DNA of 63,749 nt, the filler included, from Reclinomonas americana ATCC 50394 (Eukaryota): NCBI GenBank assembly GCA_048213135.1. It is 16 parts of 16 records of this genome, joined end to end, with 100 filler letters (N's around TTAATTAATTAA, not from the genome) between each part and the next. Parts side by side here need not be neighbours in the genome. Positions count along the whole stretch, not along the records: positions 33,241 to 34,659 come from AFZH01020703.1; positions 34,760 to 40,407 come from AFZH01020704.1; positions 40,508 to 47,695 come from AFZH01020705.1; 13 more parts are not named here. One strand, given 5' to 3'. Of this stretch, positions 34,610 to 46,974 are shown piece after piece. A model generated the notes under the pieces. It saw nothing but the letters and a program-made list of their open reading frames with translations, had not been told where the DNA came from and did not search any database. The translations under genes were made by a program, and so were the position numbers. Each line of letters starts with the position of its first letter. Within the stretch, counting starts at the first letter, position 1.

Positions 34610-34654
<45 letters not shown>

Positions 34655-37600
34655 GAGAGNNNNNNNNNNNNNNNNNNNNNNNNNNNNNNNNNNNNNNNNN
34701 NNNTTAATTAATTAANNNNNNNNNNNNNNNNNNNNNNNNNNNNNNNNNNNNNNNNNNNNGTCGTGGTGCTCCAACACCATCTTCGCGTGCCGCGATCGCA
34801 CGCCGATTCGCCATCGCGCGCGCAGCTCCGCCCTCTCCACGATCGACACCGAGCTGAGTTCGGTGGGCGACGAGAGCGGCCGCCTGACCATGCGACGCAC
34901 CGGCTCGCGCAGTGCCATGGCGCTCGTGTCGCCAACGAGCTCGGCCTACAGTGTCAATGCGAGCACGCCGGCGCAGGGAAACGGCGAGCCGTCGCGCTGG
35001 CGTCGGTGGCTGGCGATCCCGCTGCTCAACATTTACGGGAGCGTGAAGCGCGGCTTCCAGCAGCGAGGCATGCTGATTGTGGGCCTGTGTGTTTTGTGCA
35101 TTATCATTTCGGTGTCGCTGTGTGTGAGTGTCAGCGATTTGTGCTTTGCGTCGCACCCGACGCAGTTTAGCACGCGGGGGACGCGGGCGTATCATCAGGA
35201 GGCGTGCAGTTGCGAAAGAGGGAAAGGGGGTAATGAGGGGAATGGGAAGGGGAAGGAGTAGGGGCAGTGCTGTTGGGGGAAGAACGCCATTTCAGTTGAG
35301 TGGGAAGAAAGCGATAGAGTGAGTGAGCATCGGCACGTTCTTGTTAGCTGTTTCATTTGTTCTCTTGTTTCGTCAACTGTATAGTTCTCGCTGTTTTCTC
35401 TCCAAGGACCCTCAACTCAGTACGTGGTCTGCGATTGCTGTCCTTTTGGATTGGAAGTTGTGTTTTTTGTCCTCGACGTGGAACTGTACGTCTGTGGTGT
35501 TCCTTCCCTCTGCATTTGGTGTGAGTGTGGGAGTGGAGAGAGGGGAGGGAAGGAAACGGGAGAAGCGGGGATGAGAGAGAGAGAGAAAGACGACAAAAGG
35601 AGCCGATTGGAGTGTGCTGTCTCTTTTGGACCTGTCGACTCATTATGTTGTCGCTCTCCCCAATGTTGGACATGCGTGCACTCGCTCCTGTCTGGATCCC
35701 CTCCTGACTGCTCATCGTTGCTTCTCCTTCCTCAGTTCCTGTTTGTGATAGTTCTCCGTGGCTGACCTTCACATTGCGTTACGCTCTTCACCATTTGGTC
35801 TTTGTTGTCCCTCTCTCCCAGAAGTAGAGATAAGAGGAGAAAACAGAAGAGAGATGGGCAGGAGAGCCTTCTCTCTTGTTTCGATCTTCTGTCTCTTGCA
35901 GAGATGCACGGAGAAAACAGAGCCTCTCTTGTTTAGAAACTCTCTCTCTCTCTCTCTCTCTCTCTTCGCATTCCCTTTCCCGTTGTATCTTTCTTTCTCT
36001 TGTAGAGATGAAGGAGAATACAGAAGAGAGATGGGAAGAGAGAGGTTGGGAAGGAGAGCCACTCTCTCTTGTTTCGATCCTCCCTTCCCCGTTGTTTTCC
36101 TGGTCTCTTGTTGAGATGAGAGGAGAAACAGAAGAGAGATGGGAAGTGAGAGAGAGGCTGGCGAGGAGAGCCCTCTCTCTTGTTTCGATCCTCTCTTCCC
36201 CGTTATTACTCCCTCTCTCCTCTCCCCTTCTCACTCTTCTCCTCCCCACAGCCGTCGGCCGCGTGTGCTACACCTACCTCACGCTCCCCGAGGACGCCCA
36301 GACGGGCATGATTGTCAACTTCCAGACCGCGGAGAAGCCGATGGATGCGCGCGTGGTGTACAAACCGCGATATGCGGCGGGGGTGGCGGACAAGATTGCC
36401 TCGTCGGCGCCCTGTCACTGGTTCCACATGGACAATATTCACGAGGTGCAGCGGTACGTCGGTTGGTGTCACGTGACGGGACTCACGCCGGATACCGAGT
36501 ATGTTTTCGAAGTTGGTGAGTCGCGAAGAGGGAGAGAAGGGAGGGGAAAGGAAGGAGGGGAAGAGGGAGAAAAGGAGAGAGAGGGCGAGAGAGGATGGAG
36601 GCAGTGAGAACAAAGGAGAGCAAGGGAGAGCAAGGGAGGGAGTGTGATTCGGAGGGCGCTGGAGCCGCTGGAGAGAGAGAGAGGAGGGAGAGAGAAGAAA
36701 TGAGAAGTGTGGAGACAAGAAGGAGACGTGGTCTTGGGAGAGGATGAGAATGAGGGAGAAGAAATGAGAAGAGCAAAGACAAGAAGGAGACGTGGTCTTG
36801 GAAGAGGATTTGAATGGACTGGTAAGTTATGACAGGAAGCAAGAGAGAAGAAAAAGTTGAAGTGAGAGAGATTGTGAAACAGAGCGAGTGAGAGATAAAC
36901 AAAGTGAGCAGAGATGGAAGAGAGTGCGATGGGCGAGATAATGAGAAAAGAGTGAGAGTGTGTGTACGAGACAGAGATGGAAACAAAAAGATAAGGAGAC
37001 GGCGAGAGAAAGAGAAGAGGAGAGAGAAAAGAAGTGAGAAACGATAGTGATGAAAGTGTGTGAGAGAGAGTGAGAGGTCGAGTGAAACGATTGCGTGAGA
37101 CTCTCTGCTCCTCATCAGCTGCTGACTGTTGGGTTGTGCGCAGAATACGAGAGCGCGAGCGAGGAGCAGAATATCATCTCGTCCACAACTGGCGTGCTGG
37201 CCACCATGCCGACGGACAAGCCACTGCGCTTTGTTATTGGCGGAGACTACGAGTCTGCCGGTGATGGTCCAGTGGTGAGGAGCGGGGATGTGTTGGTTGG
37301 CGAGGCACTGGTGGTGTGTTGATTTGTGGGATGCAGTTGTTGCAAGTGGCCGCGGCGCAGAGTCCGCATTTTATTGCCATTGGTGGAGATGTGGCGTATG
37401 ACAATGGTGCATTTTGGGGAAGGGAGAGGGGGAAGCATGAGAGAGAGTGTGAGTGCGCTCTTTTTCCGATTGTCTCGATGTCTCTGTGTACTGTGTGTGA
37501 GAGTGCGTACACTGGCAGTCGCATTCTGGTAATCCTGTCATCTTTGTATCACTGTGTGTTGCTCCTTGGAGAGACGACTTGTGTCTGCGTGAGAGTGTGA

Positions 37601-39576
37601 GACAGAGGTCCTTTGTACGGGAGTGTTCTGTTTGCTCGTCGTCACTGGATGCATTGGAATGCGCGCGCCTGTTCTTGTTTCTCAGCGCACGTCTTCTGTT
37701 AGTCCTCTTTCCTTGCATGCGAGGGCGCGTATTTGCTTGTGTGCGAGGATGAATCTGTCCCTGTCATTATCACTGTCCTTCCTTCTGACACGCTTTGTCT
37801 TCCTCTGCAGGATACTGGTGCGCGATCGGCATGCGTATGTTTCGCATGCTTTCCTCCCAACTGACTCATTCTATTTACACAGCGCTTGCTACCGTCGATG
37901 GGATGACTGGTTCGACATTTGGACCAAGGTTTGTTGACTGAAGAATCACAGTTCGAAGAGGTTTGGTGTAAGTGGTCGGAAGACACAGATGTGGAGAAGA
38001 GTGCACAAACACTGGGTAGTGCTCCGTTTCCGTTGCATGCATTGAAGCAGAAGGACGCGGCAGAGTATTCTCGTGCAGCAGGCACTACGTGCCGTTCGAA
38101 GAGCACAGAGGCATTATGTTGCAATCACAATTCGCAACGTATCGTGATATGAGCCTCATCGTAGCGAGTGATTGAATGACAAGAAGACTATTTCCCTCGT
38201 TGCATTCTGCTCACCCCCTCCCTTCCCCTTTGCAGGCCGCCGTCACTCCCGCCGGTGTCATGGTACATCCGCCCCCTCCGCCTTTTGTCATCTCCTCTGC
38301 TCATTTCTCTTCCCCTCCACCAGATCCCCTTTGTCGGCACCTACGGCAACCACGAAGCCGGCGGCTGGGGCATGCGACGCAGCAATGTGCCCTTCTACAC
38401 GTACTACTTTGCGCAGTCGTCGTCGTACTCGTCCACGCCAGTGGAACGCACGCAGGCCGATGTTATGGCCGAGCGGGAGACCCATCACCATCATCGGTCA
38501 GTTTTTGTTGCGGAAAAGCGATATCTGGAGCTTCTCATCCATTTGTCTTTGAGTAGAGTGGCGGACCACACAATATTCTTCGCGCTGGACTCGGGCATGC
38601 TTGAGGCACCCGACAGTGGCGCTGCGTACGTCGATCGAATGGTACGCATTGTTGTGATCTTCTTTCTAGCACCCACTTTCTCTCATTCTCTCTTCTTTTC
38701 TTTCTCATTCTCTTTTTCATTCTCATTCTCGCACTCTTTCTCTCTCTGTTTCTCTCTCTTTCTTTCTCTTTTTTCTCTTGCTTTCTTTCTCACTCGCCTG
38801 TCACTTGAACTCTCTTCCCCTCTTCCTCTCTTTCTCGCTTTTTCACCCACATTGTTGTTTTTCTCGCTTTTCTCTCTCCTCTCTATCCCTCTTTCTCTCT
38901 CTCTCTCTGCCTCCATTTCTCTCTCGCCCTCTCTCTCCTTCTCTCTTTCTTTCTCCATCTCAGTTTTCATTCTCTCTCATTCTCTGCTTGCTCCTCACTC
39001 TCTCCGTTCTGTCCTTCGTATCTCACTTTCTCTCTTTCTCTCTCTCACTCCTTTCTTGTTCTGTGTGTGTGTCTCTCTCTCTCTTTCTCTCTCCATTTCT
39101 TTTTCTATCTTCCTTTCTCTCCCTTTCTCTCCCTTTCTCTCCCTTTCTCTCCCTTTCTCTCCCTTTCTCACTCTCCTCTCTCTGCTTGCAGGTGACGCAA
39201 AAGTTCTCGTCGGTTACCAACAAGATGGCCATGTATCACATGCCGATTTACTCGACGGTGTGGTGGCATGTGATGTTCCCGGAGATGCGCAAGATCTGGG
39301 GCGATGTGTTTGACAAGTTGCGCGGTCGTGTACGATCAATGTGCCTCTTTGAAATTGACATCTGCGCTCCGTCGCCAGGCATCAAATAACGCTAGCGGCG
39401 GAGAATCACGTGCACGCCTTCAAGCGCACGTTCCCGATTCGCAACCAGGAGGTGCTGCCGGTGGGTGATGCGTCGGGCACGGTGTACATTGGTGACGGCG
39501 CGTTTGGCCTCAAGCCGCGCACACCCGAGTTGCTGGATGGGGATGAAAAGTACTTTGCGAAGCTGGGGAGTTATGA
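32951..39576 (+). CDS. Purple acid phosphatase-type metallophosphoesterase with N-terminal hydrophobic segments and FN3-like domain; 3' end lost in the gap at 40408
   Basis: Exons include 32951-33043, 33422-33848, ~34760-35208, 36252-36515, 37144-37274, 37337-37406, 37811-37817, ~37883-37928, 38237-38263, ~38323-38496, ~38557-38641, 39192-39316 and 39379-39576. Metal-ligand motifs: FVIGGDY, IGGDVAYDNG, GTYGNHE, MYHMPIY, AENHVHAFKR, VYIGDGAFG. FN3-like segment VTGLTPDTEYVFEV. Linkage of the first two exons across gaps is inferred. Confidence 0.85.
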
Positions 39577-40781
39577 GTTGCGTGGGGAGGAAAAGGGGAA
39601 GGAGGGGAAGGAGGGGGGAATGAAACAGAAGGGAGGGATTGATACTCAGCGTCTGCTTCTGTTGTTACTCGTCTGTGAATTATTTCATTTTTTTGCAGAT
39701 TTCATTGTTTCCTCTCACTTTATTTCCCTGGTTCTTGCCTGGGCTATGCATATTTTGCATGTTGGCCGCTCATCTCTTCCGTGCTTACTCTCCTTCATGA
39801 CTGCTGGCTGTGTCTTAGTCACTGAAGTCTTGTATGTATTTGTCTCTCGTCATTTTCTGGTTCTCTCTGCTGTCATTTCTCTGCCTTCTTGTCTTACTCA
39901 TGCGTTCATAGTGTACACTTCCCGTCCCCACCACCTGTGACTTCTGACTCTCGTCTTCGATCTCTGTATTCTCCTTCGTGCATCAGTACTCTCTTTCCTC
40001 ATCGCTCAGCGTGTGAGTTGTCTCTTGCCTCTTGCATTGTTCCGTTACTCAAATCATAGGTTCTGCGTCTCATCTCAAGCGTTACTCCCTCTTTCATCTT
40101 CATTCTCATGTTCTCTGCTTCGTGCACGAGTCCTTTCCTTTCCATGTCTTCAGTGCATGCTTGTCTGCTCTGTCACAATCATCACTCTTTCCTGCTTATC
40201 CGTCTCTGTGCGTCACTCAGCTCAATCGTGTTCCCTCTCGTGCTTGGTATGATTCTCTCTTGCTGTGCTCCATTCCTCTCGCTGTGCTCCATTCCTCTCG
40301 CTGTGCTCCATTCGTCTCGATGTGCTCCATTCGTCTCGCTGTGCTCCATTCGTCTCGCTGTGCTCCATTCGTCTCGCTGTGCTCCATTCCTCTCGCTGTT
40401 CTCCATTNNNNNNNNNNNNNNNNNNNNNNNNNNNNNNNNNNNNNNNNNNNNTTAATTAATTAANNNNNNNNNNNNNNNNNNNNNNNNNNNNNNNNNNNNN
40501 NNNNNNNGGCAGACAGAGCGAGAAACAGACAGACAGACAGGCAGATTGCCACAGATGTCCTGTCTTCCGCACTCTCTCTCTCTCTCACTCTCTCTCTCTC
40601 CTCCTCCTCCTCCTCCTCCTCCTCCTCCTCCTCCTCCTCCTCCTCCTCCTCCTCCTCCTCCTCCTCCTCCTCCTCCTCCTCCTCTTTCTTTCTTTCTGTC
40701 TAACGTGGCCGCGAAGATAGTCGAACAACGGCGACAAGCGCCTGCGCCTTTCCCTCCACCCTTCCCCCCACCCCACGCAAC

Positions 40782-43367
40782 GAGCTATCACGCGATCGAA
40801 TCCGCCCCCAATAATCGAACCCGTACTCCGAGTAGAAACTCGTCTCCGTGTCGAACACGTAAATGGCGTCGCCGAGGAACGTGGCGACAATCTCCGATCC
40901 ATCGCGACTGAACACACTGCCGGTGGCCTCGAACTTCTCCGGCCTCTCAAAGTCCGCGTTGGAGTACACGTTGACGCACAGGTCGGGATTCGCATCCACC
41001 CGACGCACGTCAAACAGCTTGACCGTGCCGCCGGCACTGCGGAGCAGCAGTAGCAGCAGAGTGAGACAACACACTCAAAAAAAGTACCTCACGAGTGCGG
41101 ACCTGCCCACAATGAAATTGTAGCCATTCGGGTGCATGTCCACCGCAAACAGCGACTCGGGACCGCTGCGATACGCCGAGCGCGACTGCGAGTAGTCCAG
41201 CAGGAGGCTGTCGCGCACATTGCCGTTTTGTCCAGCGGGACGCGCACGGCCGCCACCATACGCCTGCGGAATGATCAGGTCGGCCGCACCCTCGCCGTCG
41301 CTGTCGCTGGAGTCGCCGGCTGCCGCCCCCCGCCGGGCACCCAGCGGCAACTGCGTGCCGCGCTCGGCGGAGCGGTTGGCTTGAATCTGCAGCGGCTTGC
41401 ACTCCATGCGGGCGTACCGGCGACGCACGTCAAAGTGGCGCACAGTGCCGTCGGCCGAGCACGTCATGAACGTGAAGGGCGAGTGCTCGCTGGTCGTGAG
41501 CTTCAGCACCTTTTTCGTGTGATGCGGATAGAGGTAGCAAAAGTCGGAGTCCAGGTGGTAGACGCGCACGTCCGAGTCGTTCGAGCCAGAGATGATTTTT
41601 GCGTCGTTTTGGAAGGGGAGGAAGCCGGAGCAGAAGACGTTGGAGATGTGGCCGCTGTGAAGGAAGGGGAAGGGAAAGGGGAAGGGATGAGAAGAGGTGG
41701 AAGGGCAAAGAGGGAAGGGGAAAGGGATGGGAAGGGGGAAAGGGAAAAGGGGTAAGGGGGAAGGGGAAAATTCAAGCGGGGAGACGCAGTGGGGGGAGAC
41801 GCAGTGGGGGGAGACGCAGTGGGGGGAGACGCAGTGGGGGGAGACGCAGTGGGGGGAGACGCAGTGGGGGAGACGCAGTGGGGGAGACGCAGTGGGAGAG
41901 ACGCAGTAGAGGGGGAAGAGAGAGGGGGAAGAGAGAGGGGGAGACAAGATAAGAATCGAGAGAGAGAGAGAGAAGACGAGAGAGAGCGCCCGACACAGCA
42001 CAACAAGAAGTCACCTCAGCGTCGCGATACACACGCCCGTGTCGACATTCCACAACTTCAGGGTCTGATCGTCGGAGCCAGAGACAATCAAGCTGCCGCT
42101 CTGGTTGAAGGCGAGAGTGTTGACGCAACCCTGTGGCGACTGGATGAGAAGAGAGCTTGGAAGCAAAGAAGACAAGTGGATGCGTACCCGATGGCCGCGA
42201 AGCACAATGGAGGTGCGCAGGGTGTCGATGGTGAAGCTGCTGCGGTAAAAGTCGCGACGGCGTTTCTCGGGCGTCTGCAGAGGGGGAGGTGAGCAAGAGG
42301 AAACACTGGCGCAGTATGGCGAGGAGCACAACGGACAGCAAGACCTCAGGAAGGCACGGTGTTGAGAAGGAGAAGCGATCGCTCAAATAGCCAGTATGAG
42401 TGTGAAATCAAGGGAACACGAGTGATGGTGTATTCGAAGGAAGCACGCAAGGCGTCATTCAGATTCACAATGAACACAGACGATGCCACTCTGACAATGT
42501 GCGGAAAGGAAGGTGTGATCACTCGCACAGTCAAAGGCATCACAACGAACACTTACGACAACGTGCCGAAAGGAAGGTGTGATCACTCGCACAGCCAAAA
42601 GGCAGCACAAGAACCAAGTACAATACCCGCTCTGACACTGTGCAGACAGAGACAGTGCGATCACTCACACAGTCAACGGCAGCACAAGAACCACACACAA
42701 AACCCGCTCTGACGATGTGCGGAAAGGACGGTGTGATCACTCGCACAGAAAACAAGTGCGACCACAGCACAACGAACACGGGGATGCCGCTCTGACAATG
42801 CACGAAAGGTGTGATCACTCGCACAGTAAGGCATCACAACGAACACAGATGACAATGTGCCGAAAGGAAGGTGCGATCACTCGCACAGTCATAGGCATCA
42901 CGGTACAACGCCAGTCTAAGGATGCGGAAAGAGGGCGTGATCGCTCGCACAGTCACAAGGTGCAGTGCCAGTCTGACGATGTTCCAAGGAACATGTGCGA
43001 TCCCTCAACACGTGTGCCAGTGAAGACCGCACAAATGCCAGTCTTCCAATGCGCACAGGATCATTCAGTCGCACAATGCCAGTGTGATCACTCATCCAGA
43101 GAACAAACACTCGCGTCCAAGCAAAGCAGAAGAAAAGCCAGCGACAGGAGGGAATAAACACCATTCAAGGTGACAAGTGAATCTGGCACCTCCTCCCTCC
43201 GCATCTCACTCACTCACTCACAGGCAACAAACAGCACAGTCTATAACACGCACAACGCCACACACACTCTCCCACTCACAACAATGACGCCATCAACAAT
43301 AAACAAAGATCTTCCGACTCACCTTGCGCGGGAGTGCCACTGAGCGCGCATAAGCACTCAGATTCAT
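40782..43367 (-). CDS. WD40-repeat protein of the DCAF6/DCAF8/WDTC1 group (CRL4 substrate receptor-like), 3'-partial
   Basis: Spliced sequence MNLSAYARSVALPRK|...LRGHR|GCVNTLAFNQSGSLIVSGSDDQTLKLWNV...|GHISNVFCSGFLP...FMTCSADGTVRHFDVR...|SAGGTVKLFDVRR...FSRDGSEIVATFLGDAIYVFD. Confidence 0.85.
42480..43095. repeat. Degenerate minisatellite in WD40 gene intron 1
   Basis: About 8 recurrences of ggaaggtgtgatcactcgcacag and variants. Confidence 0.8.
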
Positions 43368-43913
43368 GCTATATGGCGGGTCTGTGTCGTAGCGCAGCAT
43401 AGCGCGCTGCAGCTGTTGCTCACAAACGCGCATGTGGTGAGAAGGTGACGTCGAGTGTCCTGTGTGTGACAGGTCGCTTGATTGAAACACAGAGAGGAGA
43501 AGAGGTGAGCGCGGCTGCTCTTTGCAGTCGTGCGCACGCGTGTCTGCGCACTTGCTTGCCGCTTTCGAATTGATACGTCGCGCGTCCTGCACATCGTCAC
43601 TCATTGAAGCAGACCACAGCAGAGAGGTGAGTGCAAGCTGTGCTGTACTGTGATGTCTGTTGTGAGCATCTGTGGCGTCGCTCAAGCCTCCATGTTGCAG
43701 GCAGTGATACGTCGCGTCCTGCAAAACTTCACATAATACAAATCAAGAAAGCCGGGAAAGATAGGTGAGCGCGTCCATGCCATCACACATGCTTACATCC
43801 CTCTTTTCTGGCATCGCTTTTCGCTGCCTGCTTGCTTCTTCTGGGGCGACGTTGTCGTGTTCGTGCACATTCACATGCACAGACTCACCACGCGCACTTT
43901 TCGTGCAGAGAAA

Positions 43914-45584
43914 ATGGTGACATTCAGCTGTGAGGATTGCAATGCGTCGTTGCGACGACCGCAAGTGGAGAAGCACTGGTGTCCGTCGGTGCGTTGTTGT
44001 TCTCTGCATGAAGAGTGATCATGCTGGCTCACTCGTGGAGAAAACAGGGTCGTCTGTCGTGTGTCGACTGTGGCGTGGTGTTTGATCGGTGCGTCGGTGT
44101 GGATGATGGGTGAGTGAGTGTGCATCCGTTGGCTGATCGATCTTTCGTGTGTGCAGCGTGTCGTGGAAGGCGCACACGGATTGTGTGACCGAGGCGGTCA
44201 AGTATGGTCCGAAGAGTGGGGCGCCGCAGGCCAATGGCAAGAAGGTGCGAAAAGGGGAAAGGGAGGGCAAGGGAGAAAGAGGGGAGTGGAGAGGAGGGAA
44301 AGGGAGGGAAAGGGAGAGGGAGAGGAGGAAAGGCAGCAATGCAATGGAAGAAGTGTAGTGGAATCGTCAGGCTGCATGCTCGCCACTGCTTGAGGAGGGA
44401 AAGGGTGGCTGTCGCAGCAATGCAGTTGAAGAGTGTGTAAGCGTCCGGCTGCACGCTTTCTACTGCTTGAGGAGGGAAAGGGCGGCTGTCGCAGCAATGC
44501 AGTTGAAGAAGTGTAGTGCAATCGCTTGAGGTGGGAAAGGGTGGCTGTCGCAGCAATGCAGTTGAAGAAGTGTAGTGCGCATATCGTCAGGCTGCATGCT
44601 TTCTACTTCTTGAGGAGGGAAAGGGTGGCAGTCGCAGTAATGCTGTAGAAGAGTGTGTAATCGTCAGCCTGCTTGCCTTCCACAGCTTGAGGAGGGAAAG
44701 GGTGGCTGTCGCAGGAATGCAGTTGAAGAGGTAGCGAAATCGTCAGGCTGCATGCTTGCCACTGCTTGAGACGGGAAAGAGCGGCAGTCGCAGGAACGCA
44801 GTTGAAGAAGTGTAGTGTATTCAGGCAGCATGCTCGCCACTGCTTGAGGAGGGAAAGGGTGGCTGTCACAGCAATGCCGTGGAATCCTCCTCTGCTTCAT
44901 GCAGGTCACTCTTGTGATGAGCTCCCTCGCTCTCACTCTCTATTTCGACCTTTGCACTTCTCCTCTTTGTTAACGGATTGCAGAAGAGGCGCTAGAATGC
45001 AAGAGGGGTGACTTCAAACCTGCCCTGGTTTATGGTGTTCTATAGCTGCTGTTGCATTTCTCTGCAACGCTCTGCTCCCTTCCGCATCTCCCTGTGACTC
45101 ACTCCTTGTCACGATTGTCATCCTTCGCAGAAGCCAATCAGCCCGCTGGTTTGTCAAATGTCACATCGCCGCACTGTCTCGCCATCCTCCTCTCTCACTC
45201 TCTCCTGCTCTTCGCCACTCACAGGAGGCAAAGATAAAAAAGGCTGTCACTGTGGCACAACGACGAAACAGCGCCGGCAAGGTGCTGAAGATGAAGAGTC
45301 TGATTCGCGACATTGTGCGACAGGTACATCCCGCACTCATGTCCTGTTGCTCCTCTCCATCTAACCTGGCGACACGCAATCAGGTGTTTGGCTGGTCGGG
45401 CTCCATGGAGGACGTGCAGAATGTCTTTGCGTCGGTGTTGGTGGCCCTGCAAAAGGCGGAGAGCGAGGATGCGGCGAAGGGTGTGTTTACGCGCAAGGTG
45501 AACAGTGGGCGGGCGAAGACCTTCAAGGTCGACAGCGGGAAGATTGTGTCGGTGGTCTACAAGAAGGACGGTGAGGAGGAGTGA
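43914..45584 (+). CDS. LYAR-type C2HC zinc-finger protein (~167 aa, 5 exons)
   Basis: Exons 43914-43988, 44048-44088, 44157-44244, 45225-45323, 45384-45584 give MVTFSCEDCNASLRRPQVEKHWCPSGRLSCVDCGVVFDRVSWKAHTDCVTEAVKYG, matching the LYAR N-terminal finger pattern. Confidence 0.85.
44340..44880. repeat. Intronic minisatellite (~60-80 bp unit, ~7 copies)
   Basis: Repeated actgcttgaggagggaaagggtggctgtcgcagcaatgcagttgaagaagtgtag. Confidence 0.85.
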
Positions 45585-45689
45585 GGAATGAAGAGATGTT
45601 AGAGGGCAAGCTGGTGCAGATGAGGGGAGTGGAGAAGGCGTGCGACGGGAGTGGAGAAGGCGTGCGACGAACAGTTGGTAGCGATGGAC

Positions 45690-45740
45690 GACAACAGCAA
45701 CGACAACAACAACAACAACAACAACAACAGCAGCAGCAGC

Positions 45741-45778
<38 letters not shown>

Positions 45779-45960
45779 CGGCGACGACGATGACGACGAC
45801 CACGAACACGAACACGACGACGACAACGACTGCGACTGCGACGACGACAACGACATTGCCATCAAAACAGCGTCAAAAGCAGCAGGCAGCACACCAACGA
45901 AGACAATCGTGACCACCACCACGACCACCACCATCACCACCACCACCACCAGCTGCAGCA
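45690..45960. repeat. Compound trinucleotide microsatellite (AAC/AGC/GAC/ACC) downstream of the LYAR-like stop
   Basis: The repeat tracts are directly visible. Confidence 0.85.
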
Positions 45961-45995
45961 GCAACTGTTCTCATCCAGAGAGCAACACAGCCGCA

Positions 45996-46857
45996 ATGAT
46001 CACCATCTTGGACGAGCACCAGAAACTCAGACATCACGGAAACTGTGAAAAAAGTCGAGACGGCGGATGCTGGCATTTCTGCAAGAGATCGCACTGTGCT
46101 AGCTGCAGCTGTGGTTTTACGCTGCCTTCCAAACTGAAATGAGAAAGACGGAAGTGCAGAGAGACTGTTTATGTAGGGAGCAATTTGGAAACCAGCAAAG
46201 CCAGGCAAAGTACAAGTTCGACTTGGACGAGAGATCGCTGATACAGGGAACTAGTTTTCGAAGTTACTTGAAGTCATGTCTTGTTGTCACTCGGTTCAAA
46301 ACATTTTTCTTGTCGCAGAAGGCTGAAATCGTCAAGGTGTGACCTTTGACTAGGTTTTGCATTACAGATGGCTTGTATTTCAACCCACGGTGTCGCCTAA
46401 TATCCTTTTCCGAACTTGTATTTCAAGTATCTCTGCATTGGCTTCGAAGAAATCGGTTCTGAAGACATCTGCCTCATCCAGGAATGCCTTTAGAAGTGCA
46501 TCTCTCATCCATAGACGCCAGCGCAACGCCACAGAGCGTGTTGATGAATCAACAGACGGCAGTGACAACTTCCATGAGCAACAACAACAATACCATCACC
46601 AACAACAACCTCTCTAGTGCATCTCAGTTCCTTCCCGGACTTGCTTGCACGTTGCCTGGCTCTGTTGGTTTTCCCTATGTGTTCTGATACCAACACTTTG
46701 CTATCTTTCTCGTTTCCTTTTTGGAATTCGGCGTCAAATCCATGCTTGTCATGAGCCGTTGTTTCTCTTGCAGAAACGCCAGCATTAGCCATCTCGACTT
46801 TCTCTCAGTGTTCACGTGATGTCTGAGTTTCTGGTGCTCACTCAAGATGGTGATCAT
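45996..46857. repeat. Degenerate ~95-bp inverted repeat pair (45996-46088 / 46764-46857) enclosing ~675 bp
   Basis: atgatcaccatcttggacgagcaccagaaactcagacatcacg...gctggcatttctgcaagaga is mirrored by tctcttgcagaaacgccagc...cgtgatgtctgagtttctggtgctcactcaagatggtgatcat. Confidence 0.85.
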
Positions 46858-46974
46858 CATGCAGCTGCTGCTGTTTGGATTAGTAAAGTTGTTGTTGTTG
46901 TTGTTATTCACCAGTCCACCGTCCGGTTCGCTCGACCGACTTGCAAATCCATTTTTGTCACACACACACTCGAG

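Noticed and set aside
42480..43095. CRISPR-like look of a recurring ~23-bp motif with variable spacers
   Set aside because: The repeats are degenerate, the spacers resemble each other and vary widely in length, no cas genes are present, and the locus is a eukaryotic intron.
45651..46142. Poly-Asn/Asp/Thr ORF after the LYAR-like gene
   Set aside because: It is trinucleotide microsatellite plus one inverted-repeat arm, with no domain signal or splice support.
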